Shown here: positions 27,214 to 35,684 of the stretch, one piece after another | Position numbering within the stretch: the first letter of the stretch is position 1 | How the letters are laid out: every line of letters begins with the position of its first letter | Source of the DNA: Gaiellaceae bacterium | GTDB lineage: Bacteria > Actinomycetota > Thermoleophilia > Gaiellales > Gaiellaceae | Reading direction: 5' to 3' | DNA length: 64,000 bases | NCBI GenBank assembly: GCA_036562845.1 | Contig: DATCJJ010000054.1 | Location: 287 to 64,286 of the forward strand | Translations under genes and position numbers: made by a program | The notes under the pieces: model-generated | Seen by the model: the letters and a program-made list of their open reading frames with translations, nothing else | Told to the model about the DNA's origin: nothing | The model's database searches: none

Positions 27214-27975
27214 CTACAACGGAGCCTCGGGCAGCACCTGACCGCCGTCCACGATCAGCGTCTGCCCGGTGATGTAGCCGGCCTCCGGCGAGGCGAGGAA
27301 GCGGACGGCCCAGCCCACTTCCTCGGGCTCTGCGTAGCGACCCATCGGGATCGAGGAGAGCATGCGTCGCTGGTGCTCGTCGCTCGTGTCCGCGAACCCG
27401 GGCGTGCTCACGTTCCCGGGCAGCACCGCGTTCACGGTGACTCCTGTCTTCGCGAGCTCGACTGCAGCCGAGCGCATGAACCCGAGCATCGCCGCCTTCG
27501 ACGCGCCGTAGTGGGCAAAGCCCACCTGGCCGGTGACCGGCCCCGTGATCGAGGACGTGAGCACGATCCGCCCGTAGCCGCGCTCGACCATCGACGGCAG
27601 GCAGGCCTGGACGGTACGAACCGCTCCGCCGACGTTGAGGTCCATCACTCGGCCCCACATCGCCTCGTCGATCGCCGTGAGGCTTGCGAACGGATAGATC
27701 CCGGCGTTCGCGGCGACGACGTCGATGCGCCCGAGCTCCGCCGTGACCCGGGACGCCATCGCGTCGACCGAGCCGCGATCGGTGACGTCGGCGGAGACCG
27801 CGCTCGCCTTTGCGCCCGCTGCGCGGAGCTCCTCGGCGACGCCGTCGCCGAGGGTTGCGTCGACGTCGACAACGACCACATGCGCTCCCTCGGCTGCGAG
27901 CACTGCGGCGATACCGCGGCCGATCCCGCGCGCAGCGCCCGTGACGACCGCGACCTGGTCGGTGAGGGCTTGCAT
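27214..27975 (-). CDS. short-chain dehydrogenase/reductase
   Basis: Last 253 codons of ORF 27214..29712. Motifs VAVVTGAARGIGRG and YGASKAA. Confidence 0.85.
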   Translation of the reverse strand: MQALTDQVAVVTGAARGIGRGIAAVLAAEGAHVVVVDVDATLGDGVAEELRAAGAKASAVSADVTDRGSVDAMASRVTAELGRIDVVAANAGIYPFASLTAIDEAMWGRVMDLNVGGAVRTVQACLPSMVERGYGRIVLTSSITGPVTGQVGFAHYGASKAAMLGFMRSAAVELAKTGVTVNAVLPGNVSTPGFADTSDEHQRRMLSSIPMGRYAEPEEVGWAVRFLASPEAGYITGQTLIVDGGQVLPEAPL

Positions 27976-27985
27976 TCGAGCGCCG

Positions 27986-27993
27986 AATATACT
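27986..27993. promoter_or_regulatory. AATATACT core carrying overlapping divergent TANNNT boxes (TATACT on +, TATATT on -)
   Basis: The only AT-rich element in the 30-nt gap between starts 27975 (-) and 28006 (+). Confidence 0.35.
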
Positions 27994-28005
27994 CGCGCGC
28001 TGCGG

Positions 28006-28914
28006 ATGCAGCGCTTTCTCGAACGCGACGCGAAGTACGCGTACAACCCGGAGCACGCGACGATCGGGACCGTCGAGCCGGGCGAGGTCTTCGAGGTCGA
28101 GTCGGTCGAGGGGTATTCGGGCTACTTCAGGTCGCCCGCCGACTTCACGCCCGAGACGTATGCGCAGGCGGAAGCACACAAGTGGGCGGTGGTCGGGCCG
28201 ATCGCCGTCGCCGGTGCCGAGCGCGGCGGCGCGGTCGCCGTGAAGATCCATGACGTCGAGATCGTCACACCCGGAGTCGTGACGTACGGCGGCTACAGCC
28301 CGGCGGTCGACCCGCTCGCGTGGTGGGACGACGAGACGGGCGCCGACGTGTATCCGGTGGAGGGCGGGTACGTCCGCTTCGACGAGCACACGAGCCTCCC
28401 GACCAGGCCGCTGATCGGATGCCTGGCGGTGATGCCCGCCGACGGTGCAGTGCACGCGAAGCTGCAAGGACGGTACGGCGGGAACCTCGACTGCCGGGAG
28501 CTGCGCGCCGGTGCGACGATGATCCTCCCCGTCGAGCACGAGGGAGCCGGGCTCTACTTCGGCGATTGCAAGGCGCTCATGGGCGACAGCGAGATCGTCG
28601 GTCCGCCCGAGGTGGGCGCCGTCGTCACGGCGAGCGCGACGCCGGTCCCGCGGCCTCGATCGATGGAGTGGCCGCGGATCGAGACGAGAGCGGAGCTGAT
28701 GACGCTCGTGTCCGGCCGCCCCCTCGAGTGGAGCGCCCGACAGGCGTTCCGCGAGCTGCTCAACTGGGTGACCGACGATTTCGAGCTCCCACGGCCGAAG
28801 GCCGCGCTGCTGCTCGCGATGGTCGCTCACGCGCGGATCGCGCAGATCAGCAACACGGACTACACGTCGTACTGCGTCGCGCCCCGCGACGTCTTCGCGC
28901 CGTACCTCCGCTAG
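28006..28914 (+). CDS. acetamidase/formamidase-family amidohydrolase
   Basis: Last 302 codons of ORF 25726..28914 (MQRFLERDAKYAYNPEH...). Contains GPIAVAGAERGGAVAVKIHDVE and GNLDCRELRAGATMILPV, typical of FmdA/AmdA. The upstream 760 codons of that ORF are antisense to real genes. Confidence 0.75.
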   Translation: MQRFLERDAKYAYNPEHATIGTVEPGEVFEVESVEGYSGYFRSPADFTPETYAQAEAHKWAVVGPIAVAGAERGGAVAVKIHDVEIVTPGVVTYGGYSPAVDPLAWWDDETGADVYPVEGGYVRFDEHTSLPTRPLIGCLAVMPADGAVHAKLQGRYGGNLDCRELRAGATMILPVEHEGAGLYFGDCKALMGDSEIVGPPEVGAVVTASATPVPRPRSMEWPRIETRAELMTLVSGRPLEWSARQAFRELLNWVTDDFELPRPKAALLLAMVAHARIAQISNTDYTSYCVAPRDVFAPYLR

Positions 28915-30047
28915 CGGACGAGGCCGCGTCCCGCGACGCGGATCACGTGGTCGACCACGCCGTCGCGCACGGCGAGCACCCCGTCGTGCAAGTTCATGCA
29001 ACCGCACGCATGGTTCGGGATGATCTGCAGGTGCTCTCCGACGGCGGGCCGGTCGTCCAGGGCCGCGACGTCGACGTAGCCGTGCTCCTCGTTCAGGTGC
29101 GCGAGGAGCGCGCCGGGCCGGCCGATGACGGTGCCGTGGCCGCCGTCGGGATGATCGTCCGACGTGAACGTCTTCGACCCGGCGTCGACGACGACCTGGC
29201 CGGCGACCGCATCGGAGACGACGGTCACCTCGACCCATAGTGCGCACTCGTCGACGTCGCCGTCGTTGCGATCGAGCAGGGCGTAGGTCCCCGACCGGAG
29301 CTCGTTGACGCACGTCTCGTGCGTGAGAAAGCGCGTGGGCGTCGAGCCGCCGGAGATGCGGTCGCAGCGAAGGCCCGACGCCTCGAAGAGCGAGCACGTC
29401 TCGCGCAGGAGCTCGTCGACGGCCGTGAGCCGCGACCGAACGTCCGGATGCTCGGGACGGATGTGCCCGGGATAGCAGCTGATCCCGGCGACCTCGACCG
29501 CCGGCAGCCGCGAGAGCCTCTGCGCGACCGCAAGCGCTCGGGCGGCCGACGGCTGCCCCGTGCGGTGCAGGCCGACGTCGAGCTCGACGAGCAACGTCGC
29601 CTGCTGCCCCCGCCGCGAGAACACATCTGCGAGCCCCTCGGCGGGGGCGACGCTGTCGACCGCGACCGTCAGGTCGACGCCCGACGCCGCGATGTCCGCG
29701 AGACGCTCCCACTTGTCGGTCCCGACCGGCGGGTAGTGGACGAGGATCGCGCCGGCGCCGGCCTCCTGGAACACCTCGGCCTCGCCGGTCTTCGCGACCG
29801 TCAGCCCGGCTGCACCGAGCTCGAGCTGGCGCAGCCCGATCTCGGGAGACTTGTGCGTCTTCGTGTGCGGCCAGAGCGCGATCGCGTGCTCGTCGACATA
29901 CGACTGCACCTTGGTGAGGTTGGTCTCGAGGCGGTCGAGGTCGATCACAGCGACCGGGGTCTCCACCTCGGAGAGCGGGCGGCCGACCTGCCGGCCGAGC
30001 AGCTCCAACGTCCGATCGGCTCCCGGGCGGACCGCAGCGGCACTCAC
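28911..30047 (-). CDS. D-serine dehydratase-like / D-threonine aldolase-like fold-type III PLP enzyme
   Basis: ORF 28911..30188, trimmed to GTG 30047. PLP-Lys motif WPHTKTHKSPE. C-terminal metal-site region IIPNHACGCMN. GTGA overlap with the end of the upstream hydrolase reading frame. Confidence 0.8.
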   Translation of the reverse strand: MSAAAVRPGADRTLELLGRQVGRPLSEVETPVAVIDLDRLETNLTKVQSYVDEHAIALWPHTKTHKSPEIGLRQLELGAAGLTVAKTGEAEVFQEAGAGAILVHYPPVGTDKWERLADIAASGVDLTVAVDSVAPAEGLADVFSRRGQQATLLVELDVGLHRTGQPSAARALAVAQRLSRLPAVEVAGISCYPGHIRPEHPDVRSRLTAVDELLRETCSLFEASGLRCDRISGGSTPTRFLTHETCVNELRSGTYALLDRNDGDVDECALWVEVTVVSDAVAGQVVVDAGSKTFTSDDHPDGGHGTVIGRPGALLAHLNEEHGYVDVAALDDRPAVGEHLQIIPNHACGCMNLHDGVLAVRDGVVDHVIRVAGRGLVR

Positions 30048-30840
30048 GAAGGCAACACTGCCACGCGCGGCGGCGACGTGCCAGGCGCGGCGAGGGTGTC
30101 GAGGATCAGCTCGGCGACCCACTCCGGCTTCTGGTTGGCGAGCATGTGGCCGACGTCGGGCACGAAATGCAGGCGCGTGGTGGGGCACGACTCGACGGTG
30201 CTGCGCTCGGCAGGCGTCAGCCCGACCTCGTCGTCTCGCCGAAGACGACCTCCGCGTGAGCGCCCGACCGGCAGAGCCGGCCGGCGAGCGACCCGTGCTC
30301 GTACAGGTACCGGTAGAAGCGGCGCAGGTTGATGCGGATGTCCGACCGGTCGTTGCTCGCCATCTCGGCGGCGAGCGGCTCGACGCGGTCGTCGGGAACC
30401 CAACCGGCGAGCATCGTCGGAAAGCTCCGGAACATCAGCTCCGTCGCCAGCGAGCGCAGGCCGGGCACGTAGCCGATCCGGTTGAACGTCTCGAGCCCCT
30501 TCATCGCGTCCTCGGCCGAGAAGGTCGGCGCGGGCAGGATCACAGGTCCGTCGAAATGGCCGCCGGCAGCCATCTCCAGCGCGACGTTGGCGCCGAAGCT
30601 GTGGCCGACGACCGCGTCGCAGCCGAGCTCGCAGGCGAGCTCGCCGGCGGAGGCCGCGTGCGCCTCGGGCGACGCGTCGAAGCCGGCCGGGAAGGGGACG
30701 CCGCCGAAGCCGGGGAGCGTCGTCGCGAACGCTCGCACCCCTCCGGCTGCCAGTGCCTCCGTCGCGAGCAGCTCGTCGTAGAAGACGGCCGTGCACAGCC
30801 CTCCCGGGAGACCGCCGCCCGCATGGGACGTTTGCCTCAT
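30044..30840 (-). pseudogene. alpha/beta-fold hydrolase interrupted by a single-base frameshift
   Basis: The N-terminal part, with nucleophile elbow VVGHSFGANVALE, is in the frame of ORF 30217..31059. The C-terminal part, with the catalytic-His region FVPDVGHMLANQKPEWVAELI, is in the frame of ORF 30044..30796. The frames meet at about 30233-30238 (VVFGE | DDEVGL). The span is 797 nt, one base short of a multiple of 3. Confidence 0.7.
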
Positions 30841-31030
30841 CTTGCGAGCCTCCCCCCGGTCATCCCGAGGTCTGGGGCCCGCGCCGCTCCCCGCAGCCGC
30901 AGGATGGCAGCGTGGGCCCGACCGGTGGAGATCCCGGACGGGCCGCGAAATCCGGCGCTGTGCGGCGGGTGTGAGCGATCGGTGAGCGGTCTGGGCGATA
31001 ACCCGGAATCGTCGAACCGAAGGAGGCCCG

Positions 31031-32434
31031 ATGCGTCTGTTCCTGGTCATCGCCGCCACGAGCGCAGTTCTCGCAACGGCGGCGGGAGTTGCTGCGGCCG
31101 ATGACCCCGCTCCCGATTCGGCCGTTGCGACCGCCGTGGACGGCTACGTCCCACCGCCCTGCGACGACCCCGACGTCGCGACGCTCGCCGCTGCGGCGTG
31201 CACCGGCGACGACGGCGTTCCGTCGCTCGATCCTGCCGAAGCCGCCGACCCGCCGACGGCGGCGGCGCTCTTCGAGACTGCGTCGAGGGTCGAAGGTGCG
31301 ATGCCGAGCCCGGCGGCGCTGCCACAGTTCTGCCGCCAACACGCGAACGCCTACTTCTACACGTCGTCCGATTGGCTCAGGCTCGGTCAACGGCTGATTG
31401 CGAATGCGTCGCCGTGCGTCGACTACTGGATCAGCATCCCCCCGCTCGCGGCAGACAAGACAGCGCCGCGCTGCTTGCAGGATGACCTGTTGCGTGCAGT
31501 CGACCCGGCACGAGTGCATGTGGTGGCCGAGCTGAACTTCGCCGGCTGGAATGCGTGGCGGATGAAGAACGGCAAGAGCTTTGCCGAGGCCGGCCGCCAG
31601 TTCGTCAGCACGTGGCGCGCATGCGGATACCTGCAGACGGGCGAGACGTGGTCGCTCAACGAGATGCACTCGGGGATTCGACGGGATCTCCCCGGTGCCC
31701 GCGCCAACATGATCGACCTTCTCGACGCGGTTCGCGACGCCTCGGGCATCCGGGGCATCGTGTGGAACATCGGCGTCGGCCAGCAGACGAACAACCTCAG
31801 CGACTACAAGGCCCAGAACGAGGAGTGGCTGCAGGATGCCGGCTTCTGGTCGGCGATGGACCGCGACGTCGACGTCTGGGGTCAGGAGGCGTATCCCGAC
31901 ATGCGTTACTGGGGAGTGGCCGATACATCACGCCACGACCGGACGACGAACCTCTCGCTCTTCCTCGAGCACCCGCTCCTGCTCGCAGAGGACGGGCCTT
32001 CCGCCGCGTCGACGGCGCGCGATTTCCTGGAGCGGACGTACGTTCCGCTGGCGAGCGACGCGTGGCCGTACACGACCGGCTTCGGCAACACGAACTACTC
32101 GAACCTCGACATGCAGCGCTTCGTCTCCGAGGAGGTCTTCGCGCTGAAGCACTTCGCACAGTCCCGCCCGCGGCTTGCGCCCGACGCACGAATCGCGTTC
32201 GCGTGGGCACCGAACAACACCTGCAACGGGAAGCCGTGCATCGAGCCCGGCCTGTTCGCCGATCTCACGCTGACGATCCTCGACCGAACAGCGAGCGCCA
32301 TCCGCCAGTCGTACGAGTACGGCGGCGGCAGCCAGATGGGGGCGTGCGGCGAGCCCGGCGACCACGTCTGGTGCACCGCGGACATCGCGGACGCCGCCTT
32401 CAATCCGCTCTGGCAGGACTTCGCAAGCTGGTGA
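31031..32434 (+). CDS. secreted protein of unknown function
   Basis: 467 aa. A GAAGGAGG sequence lies upstream. Signal-like N-terminus MRLFLVIAATSAVLATAAGVAAA, then an Asp/Pro/Ala-rich linker and a Trp/Cys-containing domain with no motif I recognise. Confidence 0.6.
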   Translation: MRLFLVIAATSAVLATAAGVAAADDPAPDSAVATAVDGYVPPPCDDPDVATLAAAACTGDDGVPSLDPAEAADPPTAAALFETASRVEGAMPSPAALPQFCRQHANAYFYTSSDWLRLGQRLIANASPCVDYWISIPPLAADKTAPRCLQDDLLRAVDPARVHVVAELNFAGWNAWRMKNGKSFAEAGRQFVSTWRACGYLQTGETWSLNEMHSGIRRDLPGARANMIDLLDAVRDASGIRGIVWNIGVGQQTNNLSDYKAQNEEWLQDAGFWSAMDRDVDVWGQEAYPDMRYWGVADTSRHDRTTNLSLFLEHPLLLAEDGPSAASTARDFLERTYVPLASDAWPYTTGFGNTNYSNLDMQRFVSEEVFALKHFAQSRPRLAPDARIAFAWAPNNTCNGKPCIEPGLFADLTLTILDRTASAIRQSYEYGGGSQMGACGEPGDHVWCTADIADAAFNPLWQDFASW

Positions 32435-32456
32435 CCGCCGACCGCTGCGCCGCCAA

Positions 32457-32485
32457 GGGGAGGCGACAAGCTCCGTCGCCTCCCC
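32457..32485 (+). terminator. strong hairpin GGGGAGGCGAC-N7-GTCGCCTCCCC
   Basis: 11-bp perfect stem starting 23 nt after stop 32434. No T-tract. Confidence 0.55.
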
Positions 32486-32545
32486 TCGCTGCAGAGACGG
32501 AGGCAGCGCGGATCCGGAACGAAGCGTCGGGCGTTTCTCCAGGAG

Positions 32546-33133
32546 ATGACGGCATCGATCGACGATCGCCTCACCGTTTGGGTGGCAACGCGCCGCTGGG
32601 CGCCGCTGAACCCGCTCTTCACCGGGCTGGGGACGATCGAGAAGCTCGGCGCCGTCTGGATCGTGCTCGCGCTCGTCTTCGGCTACTGGCGCTGGCGCCG
32701 CCTCCTCCCGACGGCCGGTGTCGCCGCCCTGACGGCGCTCGTCGTGTTCGCGGCCGACGCCGCGACGTTCGGCATCAAGGATCTCGTCGTCCGGCCGCGG
32801 CCGTTCGTCACCCACCCGGAGATCCATCCGCTGTACCACGTTCGCTCGAGCTCGTTTCCGGCCGGCCATGCCGCGACTGCCTTCGCGGGCGCCGTCATCC
32901 TGAGCGCGCTCGCACGCCGTTGGACGATCGCATTCGCGGCGCTCGCCGGTCTGATCGCGTTTTCGAGGATCTACGTCGGCGACCACTACTTCGGCGACGT
33001 CCTCGCGGGAGCGGTCGTCGGTGCGGCGATCGCCCGCGCTGCGCTCGCGTGCGTCAGGGCGCTGCCCGACCAGATGCGCCGCCTCCGCGCGGCGGAGCCT
33101 CGTCGACGACCTCGCGCGCAAGCGCCTGGTTGA
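32546..33133 (+). CDS. PAP2-superfamily membrane phosphatase
   Basis: All three PAP2 motifs are present: KDLVVRPRP, SFPAGH and SRIYVGDHYFGD. Hydrophobic helices. Confidence 0.85.
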   Translation: MTASIDDRLTVWVATRRWAPLNPLFTGLGTIEKLGAVWIVLALVFGYWRWRRLLPTAGVAALTALVVFAADAATFGIKDLVVRPRPFVTHPEIHPLYHVRSSSFPAGHAATAFAGAVILSALARRWTIAFAALAGLIAFSRIYVGDHYFGDVLAGAVVGAAIARAALACVRALPDQMRRLRAAEPRRRPRAQAPG

Positions 33134-34742
33134 CGTGGCCTAGCCGCAGCCACCGGTAACCGTATGCCTCGAGGGCGACGCGGTGGACGCCGTCGCGCCC
33201 GGCGCGGATCTCCTCGACGTCCATGAGGTTCGTGAGGGTGCCGCCGCCGAGCCTCAGCTTCGCCTCGCGCGGCTCCTGCGCGAGGTTGTGCACGGACACG
33301 ATCGTGTTCCCGCGCCAGATGTACGCGATCGCGAGGACAGCTCTCGTTCCGCTGGGGACGACGCGCCATTCCCCCCAACCGACCTCCGGACATTGCTTGC
33401 GCACCCGGATCATGCGCGTCGTCCAGCGAAGCAGCGAGCTCGCGTCGCGTTGCTGCTCCTCGACGTTCACGGCCTCGTAGCCGAAGATCCCACGCGAGAT
33501 CACGGGCCTGGCGAGCGTCTCCGCCTTGGAGAAGCCGGCGTTGCGCTCCGTCGACCACTGCATCGGCGTGCGGATCGCAGCCCGGTCCTTCAGCCGGAGG
33601 TCGTCGCCCATCCCGATCTCGTCGCCGTAACGCAGCACCGGAGTGCCGGGGAGCGAGAGGACGAGGCTGTAGGCGAGTCGAAGTCGCGCCTGGTCGCCGA
33701 GCATCGGTGCCGGACGACGTCTGATCCCACGCCCGTAGAGCTGCATCGACGGCTCCGGACCGAACGCCTCGAAGACCGTCCGCCGATCGTCTGCGGCGAG
33801 GCGGCCGAGGTCGAGCTCGTCGTGGTTGCGGAGGAAGTGGGCCCACTGGCCGGTCGGCGGCAGCTTCCGCGTCGCCCGCAGCGCTGCGGCGAGCGGTCGC
33901 GCGTCCTCGGTCGCGAGGCTGAGGAACAGGTGCTGGTTGACCCAGAAGTTGAACATCAGATGCAGTCCGTCGCCGTCCGCGAAGTACGGAAGCGTCTGAT
34001 CCGGCGGCACGTTCGCCTCGCCAAGGAGAATCGCGTCGCCGACGCGCCACTGGAGGAACTCACGGAACTCCTTCAGGTACTCGAAATGCGACGTCGGCTT
34101 GCGGCGGCTGCGCGGGGCTTCCTCGAGGATGAACGGAACCGCGTCGACGCGAAAGCCCGAGACGCCGAGCTCCAGCCAGAAGCCCATGATCCGCCGAACC
34201 TCTTCGCGGACGCGCGGATTGTCCATGTTGAGATCCGGCTGGAAGTCGTAGAAGCGATGGAAGTAGTACTCGCGCGCCGTGCGGTCGTATGCCCAGGTCT
34301 CGGTCTGCTCGCCCGGAAAGACGACGCCTTTCCGGAAGTTCGTCGGGCGCGTCTTCGACCACACGTACCAATCGTGGAGCGGTGAGCCGGGGTCGCGTCC
34401 CTCGCGGAACCACCGGTGCCGGTCGGATGTGTGGTTGACGACGAGATCGATCAACACGCGGATGCCCCGGCTATCGGCCTCTCGCACGAACTCGACGAAG
34501 TCGCCGCCCGATCCGAACCGTGAGTCGACGCCGTAGTAGTCCGCGATGTCGTACCCGTCGTCGCGTCGCGGCGAGGGCTGGAACGGCGCCAGCCACACCG
34601 CGTCGACGCCGAGCGCCTCGAGATAGTCGAGCCGTCGGCTCAGGCCTTCGAAGTCGCCGCAGCCGTCGCCGCTTGCGTCGAGGAACGTTTCGACGTCGAG
34701 GCTGTAGACGACCGCGTTCTTGTACCAGAGGTCGTGAATCAT
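33054..34742 (-). CDS. GH13 alpha-amylase-family enzyme, trehalose synthase-like
   Basis: Last 562 codons of ORF 33054..35447. Motifs WYKNAVVYSLDVETF, DLVVNHTS, GFRVDAVPF, LLGEANV and LRNHDELDL. ATG 34742 shares one base with the GH15 stop. Confidence 0.85.
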   Translation of the reverse strand: MIHDLWYKNAVVYSLDVETFLDASGDGCGDFEGLSRRLDYLEALGVDAVWLAPFQPSPRRDDGYDIADYYGVDSRFGSGGDFVEFVREADSRGIRVLIDLVVNHTSDRHRWFREGRDPGSPLHDWYVWSKTRPTNFRKGVVFPGEQTETWAYDRTAREYYFHRFYDFQPDLNMDNPRVREEVRRIMGFWLELGVSGFRVDAVPFILEEAPRSRRKPTSHFEYLKEFREFLQWRVGDAILLGEANVPPDQTLPYFADGDGLHLMFNFWVNQHLFLSLATEDARPLAAALRATRKLPPTGQWAHFLRNHDELDLGRLAADDRRTVFEAFGPEPSMQLYGRGIRRRPAPMLGDQARLRLAYSLVLSLPGTPVLRYGDEIGMGDDLRLKDRAAIRTPMQWSTERNAGFSKAETLARPVISRGIFGYEAVNVEEQQRDASSLLRWTTRMIRVRKQCPEVGWGEWRVVPSGTRAVLAIAYIWRGNTIVSVHNLAQEPREAKLRLGGGTLTNLMDVEEIRAGRDGVHRVALEAYGYRWLRLGHVNQALAREVVDEAPPRGGGASGRAAP

Positions 34743-35635
34743 CAGGCCGGCACCGCGTGCAGGATCAGGTACATCGCGTGCGACCACAGCAGCGGCAGCG
34801 CAGGCGGCCCCCACCGCGCGACCCACGAGCCGTGGAGCTCGGGCCGAAGCTCCTCTCCCGCCTGCTCCGGGAGCGCTCCGTCGACCGTTGCCCGCGCTTC
34901 GATCCACGCCAGCTGCGCTGTCGCGTCGAGTCCGTTCACCGAACGCGCCCAGCCCACGAGCCCCGCAAGGACGGGCCACTCGCCGCCGCCGTAGTACTCG
35001 TCGTCGAGATGGCGGTGGTAGCCGAGCGTCGACTCGATCTCCGTGAGGACGTCGACACCGACGAGACCGAGCACGACGAGAAACGCGTGCGATCCGTCCA
35101 GCCGCTCGCGCCTCCGCGCGTGCTGTGCAGTCGATGCGATGTCGTCGCGACGCAAGGCGGCCCAGATACAGCCGAGCGTGGCCGCATGCACGCCGCTGCG
35201 TTCCTCCCACCAGTCGTGGCACGGCTCGTGCCAATTCCGGGCAAGGAAGGCCCGCGTCGCGTGTGCCGCATCGGCCCATCGCGACGCGGTGCGATGACGT
35301 TCCACATGGTTCTCCATCGCCCAGACCCAGAGCCCGAGGCCGTCGAACTGCCGATGCGGCCACCACGCGACGGGATCGACCGAGCCGTCGAGCGCGTATC
35401 GCGAATCCCACGGCCCAGATGGGTCGCGCCGCACGATCGCCGCACACCAGTCGAAGAATCGCTCCGCGCTCTCGATCTCTCCCACACGGGACATCGCCTC
35501 GGCGATGAAGGCGCCGTCACGAAACCAGCAGAAGTCGCGATATTGCGGGAACGTCGGCGAAGCCGCGTACGCCCCGGACGCCGCCTGTCCCGCGAGGATG
35601 ATCTCGACAGAACGCGTGACGAGTCGCGACTGCAC
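34742..35635 (-). CDS. GH15 (glucoamylase/trehalase-like) catalytic-domain protein
   Basis: 297 aa. Motifs YRDFCWFRDGAFIAEAM, FDGLGLWVWAM, WWEERSGVHAATLG and LLWSHAMYL, indicating an (alpha/alpha)6-barrel GH15 pattern. Confidence 0.7.
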   Translation of the reverse strand: MQSRLVTRSVEIILAGQAASGAYAASPTFPQYRDFCWFRDGAFIAEAMSRVGEIESAERFFDWCAAIVRRDPSGPWDSRYALDGSVDPVAWWPHRQFDGLGLWVWAMENHVERHRTASRWADAAHATRAFLARNWHEPCHDWWEERSGVHAATLGCIWAALRRDDIASTAQHARRRERLDGSHAFLVVLGLVGVDVLTEIESTLGYHRHLDDEYYGGGEWPVLAGLVGWARSVNGLDATAQLAWIEARATVDGALPEQAGEELRPELHGSWVARWGPPALPLLWSHAMYLILHAVPA

Positions 35636-35684
35636 GGCTGACGAGTGCCCGCTCGGGACTCCCGCGACACGCAGCTACCGAGGG

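Noticed and set aside
30233-30238. Programmed ribosomal frameshifting as the explanation for the split alpha/beta hydrolase (and for the GDPD at about 51691).
   Set aside because: I found no slippery heptamer, no homopolymer run and no obvious downstream pseudoknot. Mutation or sequencing error is more parsimonious.
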